Positions 57,770 to 64,000 of a stretch of DNA of 64,000 nucleotides are shown one piece after another. Within the stretch, counting starts at the first letter, position 1. Every line of letters starts with the position of its first letter. The DNA comes from Myxococcota bacterium. Lineage in GTDB: Bacteria; Myxococcota_A; Polyangia; Nannocystales; Nannocystaceae. The notes under the pieces were generated by a model. It did not search any database and had not been told where the DNA came from. It saw only the letters and a program-made list of their open reading frames with translations. The translations under genes were made by a program, and so were the position numbers. The stretch spans positions 224,001 through 288,000 of the forward strand of contig JBCCHT010000003.1 in NCBI GenBank assembly GCA_039028615.1. Direction: 5' to 3'.

Positions 57770-59470
57770 ATGGGGATACCGATTTCGATCCGCGAGTCCT
57801 ACGAAGGGCGTCACATCCTGGTGGCGGGCGGCTCTGGCTTCGTCGGCAAGGTCTGGCTGGCGATGGTCCTGGAGCGCATCCCGGACGTCGGCCGCATCTA
57901 CCTGCTGCTGCGTGGCAAGGGCCGGGGCGTCAAAGAGCGCTTCGAGAAGTTCGTCAACGACAACTACGTCTTCGCCTCGATGCACGATCGCTTCGGCGAG
58001 GGCCTGAGCGAGTACATCTCGAGCCGGCTCGAGGTCGTCGCGGGTGACGTCAGCAAGCCGGACCTGGGCCTCGATCCCGAGGTCGCCGAGCGCATGCGCG
58101 GCAAGGTGGACCTGGTCATCAACTTCGCCGGTCTGGTCGACTTCAACCCCGATCTGCGCGACGCGGTCGGCACCAACGTCATGGGTGGCGTGCACGTGGC
58201 CGACTTCGTGCAGAGCTGCGAAAAGGCCAAGCTCGTCCACATCTCCACCTGCTACGTGGCGGGCAAGCGCGACGGGTTCATCCCCGAGCAGGTCCAGCCC
58301 AAGTCGCCCAGCGGCGAGGTCATCGACGCCAAGGCCGAGCTCGAGCGGATGCACACCATCATCCGCGAGACCGAGGAGGAGAACAAATCCCCCGAGGTCG
58401 AGGCGCACCTGCACAAGGACGTCATCGCGCGACTGGCCGCCCGCGGGGCCGAGCCCAGCGAGCGACGGATCCTCGACATGGTCAGCCGGCTCAAGCGCAA
58501 GCGCCTGCGCGAGATGATGGCCCTGGCCGGCACCGAGCGCGCCAAAGAGCTCGGCTGGCACAACACCTACACGTACACCAAGGCCATGGCCGAGTACTTG
58601 CTGCTCGACCGCGGCGACGAACTCGACCTGGCGATCTTCCGACCGGCCATCGTCGAGAGCGCGGTGGAGTACCCCTTCGCGGGCTGGAACGAGGGCTTCA
58701 ACACCTCGGGCCCGCTCGTGTACCTCGCCAAGACCTGGTTCCGGCACATCCCCGCGATGCCCGGCAACCCGCTCGACGTCATTCCCGTCGACATGGTCTG
58801 CAAGGCCCTGCTGCTGTGCGGCGCGGCCCTGATGAAGGGCGAGCACGCGCCGGTCTATCAGTGCGGCTCCTCCGACCGGAACTTCCTGCCCATCGATCGC
58901 CTGACCGAGCTGTCGGCGCTGGGGCATCGCAAGTGGCTGCGCAAGAACGGTGAGAGCGCGCTGCACAAGGTCATCCTGTCGCGCTGGGACGCCCTGGCCG
59001 CCGACCCCGACCACGTGCTGAACATCGGCAACATCCGAAGCGTGCTCAAGCAGGTCACCCGCTACCTCAAGCACGGCCTGCCCGAGAAGATCCCGTCCGA
59101 GCTCCAAGAGGCGGCGGAGAAGCTCGCCAAGAACACGGAGAGCTCGAACAAGCGACTGCGGCAGATCGAGGACGTGCTCGACCTGTTCCAGCCCTTCACC
59201 CACGATCACTACTGCGTGTTCGAGTGCCGTGCCGTCGACCGCCACTCCGTGGCCGAGGACGACCTGCGCTTCGAGGTGGAGTCGATCGAGTGGCGGAGCT
59301 ACTGGCTCGACGTGCACATGCCGGGCATGCGCCGCTGGTGCTTCCCCGCCTACGAGAACAAGGACAAGGAGATCTACGATCCTCCCTTCCAGTTCTCGCT
59401 GATCGACGAGGTGCCGGCCACGGCCGCGCCCGCCGTCGCGGTGGCCGACGCTCACGAGAGGACCGGCTGA
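57770..59470 (+). CDS. Fatty acyl-CoA reductase (male-sterility/NAD_binding_4 family)
   Basis: [37 protein letters not shown]...PFAGW, DVIPVD. Confidence 0.92.
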   Translation: MGIPISIRESYEGRHILVAGGSGFVGKVWLAMVLERIPDVGRIYLLLRGKGRGVKERFEKFVNDNYVFASMHDRFGEGLSEYISSRLEVVAGDVSKPDLGLDPEVAERMRGKVDLVINFAGLVDFNPDLRDAVGTNVMGGVHVADFVQSCEKAKLVHISTCYVAGKRDGFIPEQVQPKSPSGEVIDAKAELERMHTIIRETEEENKSPEVEAHLHKDVIARLAARGAEPSERRILDMVSRLKRKRLREMMALAGTERAKELGWHNTYTYTKAMAEYLLLDRGDELDLAIFRPAIVESAVEYPFAGWNEGFNTSGPLVYLAKTWFRHIPAMPGNPLDVIPVDMVCKALLLCGAALMKGEHAPVYQCGSSDRNFLPIDRLTELSALGHRKWLRKNGESALHKVILSRWDALAADPDHVLNIGNIRSVLKQVTRYLKHGLPEKIPSELQEAAEKLAKNTESSNKRLRQIEDVLDLFQPFTHDHYCVFECRAVDRHSVAEDDLRFEVESIEWRSYWLDVHMPGMRRWCFPAYENKDKEIYDPPFQFSLIDEVPATAAPAVAVADAHERTG

Positions 59471-59471
59471 G

Positions 59472-60626
59472 ATGGCGCTCTTCCTGACCGGGATCACCGG
59501 GTATATCGGCTCCTACGTCGCGCACGGGCTGCTCACGCAGTACCCCGACGTGCGGCTGGCCGCGCTGGTGCGAGCCAAGAGCGACGACGCGGCGCGCGAG
59601 CGGCTGTGGAAGTCGCTGCAGATGCACGAGCCCGACTTCGATCGGTTCGCCGAGCTGCTGCCGCGCATCGACATCTACCGCGGCGACCTGACCTCGCCGG
59701 GGCTGGGCCTCGACGACGCGGACCGCGATCGGCTCATCAAGTCGGCCGACTCGGTGCTCCACATCGCCGCCTCGCTCAACCGCAAGTCGGCCAAGGCCTG
59801 CTTCAACGTCAACCTGCGGGGCACCCTCGAGATCATCAAGATCGCCCGGGCGGCGGCCGATCACCACGGCCTGCGTCGCTTCTCCGACGTCAGCACCGTC
59901 GCCGTCGCCGGCCATCGCAGCGACGAGATGGTGCGCGAGGCCGAGATCATCGACTGGGCGCGCAGCGACTACGACCCCTACGCGCGCACGAAGAAGTTCT
60001 GCGAGCACATGATGCACGAGCTGCTGCCGGACGTGCCGCAGACCGTGTTCCGCCCCAGCACCGTGCTGGGCGACAGCCGCTACCCCCAGACCACGCAGTT
60101 CGACATGGTGCGGGCCTTTGCCGCGCTGTCGTACATGCGGGTCATCCCGCTGCGCCCCGAGTGGCGCATGGACATCTGTTCGGCGGACTACGTCGCCAAG
60201 GGGATCATCAAGGTCCACATGGCGGACAAGCCGCTCTACGAGTCGTACAACCTCAGCTCGGGCGAGGCCTCGCCGACCTACGAGCAGATCGTGCGCTCCG
60301 TGAAGGACGCTGGCCACAAGCCGGTCTGCGTCTTCGCCCCTCGCCTGGGGCGGGCCTTCTCCACCGCGATCGAGGCCGCGATGAGCACCCCGCGCAAGCT
60401 GGGCATCGCTCCGGCCGCTTCGCTGATGAAGGTCTTTTGGCCTTACTTGACCAACAACACCGTCTTCGACAACTCGCGGATCGTCGAAGAGCTGGGCGGC
60501 GAGCGCCCCCGGCCCTTCCCCGAGTACGCGTACCCGCTGCTGCAGTTCGCAGTGGGGTCGGGATTCCAATACCCCTACCGCCCGTGGCCCCAAGATGGTG
60601 AAGCCCGGCGCAAGAAGGTGGCCTGA
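59472..60626 (+). CDS. Extended SDR / thioester-reductase-like oxidoreductase
   Basis: [35 protein letters not shown]. Confidence 0.88.
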   Translation: MALFLTGITGYIGSYVAHGLLTQYPDVRLAALVRAKSDDAARERLWKSLQMHEPDFDRFAELLPRIDIYRGDLTSPGLGLDDADRDRLIKSADSVLHIAASLNRKSAKACFNVNLRGTLEIIKIARAAADHHGLRRFSDVSTVAVAGHRSDEMVREAEIIDWARSDYDPYARTKKFCEHMMHELLPDVPQTVFRPSTVLGDSRYPQTTQFDMVRAFAALSYMRVIPLRPEWRMDICSADYVAKGIIKVHMADKPLYESYNLSSGEASPTYEQIVRSVKDAGHKPVCVFAPRLGRAFSTAIEAAMSTPRKLGIAPAASLMKVFWPYLTNNTVFDNSRIVEELGGERPRPFPEYAYPLLQFAVGSGFQYPYRPWPQDGEARRKKVA

Positions 60627-60629
60627 ACG

Positions 60630-62114
60630 ATGGGCAGCCTGTTCAAGAGTGGGTCCCTATTCAAGACCGGCATCCTCGGTCGCCTCGCCGACGCCCTCGA
60701 GCCCGACCGTGTCCTCATGGAGGTCACCAACGGCTTCATCGAGGCCACGGCCGTCAAGCGGGCGCTGGACGTCGACCAAGAGACCTGGAAAGAGGGCAAC
60801 CCCCTCAAGCTCCTGCTGGCCGGCTACGTGGGCACCCGCAACACCGGGGCCGACGTCCGCGTCGAGGAGATGATCCGCCAGTTTCGGCACGTCGTCGGCG
60901 ACGACGACCTCGAGCTGACGATCATGTCGATCAACAAGCAGCGCACCGCGGGCTACTTCCGCACCGTGCGTCAGGTCGAGCTGCCGGTCCTGTTCCCCAA
61001 GTTCCTCTTCGACGAGTGCCCGAAGCACCACGGCGTCATTGCCTGCGAGGGCTCGATGTTCAAGTCGAAGTTCGCCTCCGCGCTGTCGACCATGATGGCC
61101 GGCTCGCTGGGCATGGCCGCGGCCGAGAACAAGCTCGCGGTGGGCTACGGCGCCGAGGCGGGCGCGATGAGCCCCGACCTGCGCGACTTCGTCAAGCGCC
61201 ACTGCGCCAACGCGCTGGTGCAGTGCCGCAACGTGCCCTCGCGCGAGGTCCTGGGTCGCCTGGGCGTTCGCACCACGGGCGGCACCGACACCGCCTGGAC
61301 CTTCGAGCCCGCGCCGCTTTCCGAGGGTGCCCAGCTGCTGCGCGAGCGCGGCTGGGACGGCGAGAAGAAGGTGCTGGTGCTGTGCCCCATCAACCCGTTT
61401 TGGTGGCCGGTCAAGCCCGACCTCGGCAAGTCCGCGGCGCGCACCCTGGGCGGGCAGTTCAAAAAAGAGCACTACCGCTCGATCTACTTCCATCACAGCT
61501 CGCCCGAGGCCGACGAGAAGTACGAGACGTACATCGACGGTCTGGCGGAGGCGGTCCAGAACTTCATCCGCGACCGCGACGTGTTCCCCATCATGGTGGG
61601 CATGGAGCGGGTCGACCGACTCGCCTGTGAGGCGGTCTCCCAGCGGGTCGACGGCAACCCGCCCTGCTTCATCAGCGACGACTACGACATGTACCAGCTG
61701 GTCTCCGTGCTTCGGAACTGCTCGTACATGGTCAGCTCGCGCTTCCACGCCATCGTCACCTCGATGCCGGGCCTCGTGCCTTCGGCCGGCGTGACCATGG
61801 ACGAGCGCATCCGCAACCTCATGAACGATCGGGGTCACCCGAACCTGTTCCTCGAGGTCGACGAGGACGACCTGGGCGAGAAGGTCTTGGCCATCCTCGA
61901 GCGCCTCGAGCGTGAGGCCGAGCAGATCTCCGCGGACATCGGTCGGGTCATTCCCCAGCAGCTCGAGCTGATGGGTCAGATGGGCATCGACTTCATGGAC
62001 GAGGTCTGCCGGGTCTACCCCGAGTTCCCGCGCAAGGACCTGCCGCGGACCTGGCAGGCGCACCTGCCCTCGCTGTCCCCCGAGCTTCAGGCGCTCATGG
62101 AGAAGTACGCATGA
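60630..62114 (+). CDS. Polysaccharide pyruvyl transferase-family protein
   Basis: LAGYVGTRNTGAD, CRNVPS, DTAW, SSRFHAIV. Confidence 0.8.
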   Translation: MGSLFKSGSLFKTGILGRLADALEPDRVLMEVTNGFIEATAVKRALDVDQETWKEGNPLKLLLAGYVGTRNTGADVRVEEMIRQFRHVVGDDDLELTIMSINKQRTAGYFRTVRQVELPVLFPKFLFDECPKHHGVIACEGSMFKSKFASALSTMMAGSLGMAAAENKLAVGYGAEAGAMSPDLRDFVKRHCANALVQCRNVPSREVLGRLGVRTTGGTDTAWTFEPAPLSEGAQLLRERGWDGEKKVLVLCPINPFWWPVKPDLGKSAARTLGGQFKKEHYRSIYFHHSSPEADEKYETYIDGLAEAVQNFIRDRDVFPIMVGMERVDRLACEAVSQRVDGNPPCFISDDYDMYQLVSVLRNCSYMVSSRFHAIVTSMPGLVPSAGVTMDERIRNLMNDRGHPNLFLEVDEDDLGEKVLAILERLEREAEQISADIGRVIPQQLELMGQMGIDFMDEVCRVYPEFPRKDLPRTWQAHLPSLSPELQALMEKYA

Positions 62115-63820
62115 ACTTCCTCGAGCGGATCTTCGACAACCTCAAGGAACACCCCGAGCGCACCAAGCTCATCGAGGTCCAGAACACCTCGCTGCAGGGG
62201 ACCGATGGGGCGGGGATCCTCGAGCTCGTCGGGCGGGCCCGCACCTCGATCGAGGAGGCGGGCATCGAGCCGGGCGATCGAGTGGCCTTGCTGGCCCCCA
62301 ACTCCACCCGATGGGTCGCGGCCGACCTGGCCATCCTGGCCGCGGGCGGCATCGTGGTGCCGCTGTACGACCGCCAAGACCCCAGCGAGCTGGCGGTCAT
62401 GATGCGCAGCGCCAAGCCGCGCCTGCTCATCGCCGCCACCAAGAAGCTCGCCGCGCCGGTCATCGAGGCGTGGTCGGCCGACGCCGAGCTGCCCGAGGAC
62501 GCCACCATGGCGCAGCGGGCCGAGGCGATCGGCTGCACGGTCATCGACCTGCAGGCGCTGTTCGAGCCCGCGCCCTCGGCCAAGGGCCTGCACCCGCGGG
62601 GCGAGGACGACACCGTCGCGATCATCTACACCTCGGGCACCAGCGGCGAGCCCAAGGGCGTGATGCTGTCCCGGGCCAACGTCGACTACATGATCCCCAA
62701 GACGATCCAGCGGATCGCTCGGGTGGTCGGTGAGCGCGGCGGCCCCGATCGCGTGTTCCACTTCCTGCCGTTCTGCTTCGCGGCCTCGCGGATGATGCTG
62801 TGGACTCAGATGTCCCGGCCCAACCCGCTGATGATGTCCACCGACCTCAACAACCTCGTGGTCGAGATGGCGGTGGCCAAGCCCAACTACTTCCTCAACG
62901 TGCCCGCCGTGCTCGAGCGGATCCGCAACGGGGTGGGGGCGAAGCTCGAGGAGCGCGGCGGCATGGCCCTGACGCTCTACAAGAAGGCCGAAAAAGCGTT
63001 CCACAAGAGCCTCGAGGGCACCTCCAGCCTGGTCGACTCCATCGCCCTGGAGATCGGTCGCCGCGTGGTGTTCCCCAAGATCAAGGAGCAGATCGGGCCC
63101 AACCTCGAGTTCCTGATCTCGGGCTCCGCTCCGCTCTCCGCCGATACCCAGCGCTGGTTCCAGATGCTCGGCATCCCCGTCTACCAGGCCTACGGCCTGA
63201 CGGAGACCACGGGCATCGTCTCGCTCGACGACCCCGACCTGGTCGAGGCGGGCAAGGTCGGGCTGCCGCTCGAGGGCCAGACCCTCGAGGTCAGCGAAGA
63301 GGGCGAGCTTCTGGTCAAGGGCCCGAACATCTTCGCGGGCTACTGGGAGAAGCCCGAGGAGACGAGCCGCGCCATCGTCGACGGCTGGTTCCACACGGGC
63401 GACCAGGTCGAGTACGAGGGCAAGAACCTCCGCATCATCGGCCGCATCAAGAACCTCATCATCCCCGAGTCCGGGCACAACATCTCGCCCGAGCCCATCG
63501 AGGAGAAGTTCATGGCCGCGTGTCCTGCCGCCGAGCAGTGCATGCTGGTCGGGCACGGGCGGGCCCACGTGGCGATCATCGTGACGGGCGAGCCCCCCAA
63601 GGAGGCGGTCGACCGGGCGATGGAGCAGATCAATCCCGATCTGCCCTTTTACAAGCGCATCCGCGCTGCCCTGCGGCCTTCGGAGCCGTTCACCGTCGAG
63701 AACGGGCTGCTCACCGCCAACCAGAAGCTGCGGCGGCGGGTGATCGAAGATCACTTCAAGTCCGAGATCGAGGCCCTGTACGCCGAGGCGGCCAAGGCCA
63801 AGAAGGACAAGGGCAAGTAG
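62111..63820 (+). CDS. Long-chain fatty acid-CoA ligase (AMP-binding)
   Basis: IYTSGTSGEPKGVML, SGSAPL, YGLTE, GWFHTGD, GRIKNLI; ATGA overlap with the upstream gene. Confidence 0.93.
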   Translation: MNFLERIFDNLKEHPERTKLIEVQNTSLQGTDGAGILELVGRARTSIEEAGIEPGDRVALLAPNSTRWVAADLAILAAGGIVVPLYDRQDPSELAVMMRSAKPRLLIAATKKLAAPVIEAWSADAELPEDATMAQRAEAIGCTVIDLQALFEPAPSAKGLHPRGEDDTVAIIYTSGTSGEPKGVMLSRANVDYMIPKTIQRIARVVGERGGPDRVFHFLPFCFAASRMMLWTQMSRPNPLMMSTDLNNLVVEMAVAKPNYFLNVPAVLERIRNGVGAKLEERGGMALTLYKKAEKAFHKSLEGTSSLVDSIALEIGRRVVFPKIKEQIGPNLEFLISGSAPLSADTQRWFQMLGIPVYQAYGLTETTGIVSLDDPDLVEAGKVGLPLEGQTLEVSEEGELLVKGPNIFAGYWEKPEETSRAIVDGWFHTGDQVEYEGKNLRIIGRIKNLIIPESGHNISPEPIEEKFMAACPAAEQCMLVGHGRAHVAIIVTGEPPKEAVDRAMEQINPDLPFYKRIRAALRPSEPFTVENGLLTANQKLRRRVIEDHFKSEIEALYAEAAKAKKDKGK

Positions 63821-63823
63821 CCG

Positions 63824-64000
63824 ATGATCGAATGGGCGCTCAAAGAGGGGGTCTACGACCTCCGGCTCGGCCAGGAGCCCTGCAACGAGATCGGCACGAG
63901 CATGCTGTCGGCGCTCGAGCGCTTCCTCGACCAGGTCGACACCGAGTCGGCCCACTCGGTGGTCATCCGCAGCACCGTGCGCGGGGGCTTCTCCGCGGGG
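63824..64000 (+). CDS. Enoyl-CoA hydratase/isomerase family protein, 3'-truncated by the window edge
   Basis: MIEWALKEGVYDLRLGQEPCNEIGTSMLSALE...VVIRS...GFSAG crotonase N-terminus. Confidence 0.75.
   Translation, partial: MIEWALKEGVYDLRLGQEPCNEIGTSMLSALERFLDQVDTESAHSVVIRSTVRGGFSAG

Overview
High-GC bacterial DNA, most likely a myxobacterium (Myxococcota, Nannocystales-like). This is inferred from a MYXO-CTERM protein, a DUF2330 protein, myxococcal Cys-rich repeats, a eukaryotic-type Ser/Thr kinase and many acidic Cys-rich lipoproteins. About 45 CDSs are present: a radical-SAM pair, class II DAHP synthase, Wzc and an O-antigen-ligase-like protein, aspartate kinase, a DUF1501/cytochrome-c module, a thaumatin-like lipoprotein, an M23/peptidoglycan-binding effector-like gene and a fatty-acyl-reductase lipid operon. 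The standout feature is at 33984-34723. A sigma70-type promoter is followed by an unannotated 37-codon leader peptide whose 3' half is packed with Ser and Tyr codons and which overlaps attenuator-like alternative hairpins. Directly downstream is a compact array of exactly the cognate tRNAs: all four tRNA-Ser isoacceptors (GCT, GGA, TGA, CGA) plus a tRNA-Tyr(GTA) with a non-bacterial C1-G72 pair. This looks like a back-up tRNA operon that senses its own codons by ribosome-mediated attenuation. All calls come from reading the sequence by eye; no searches or folding programs were run.
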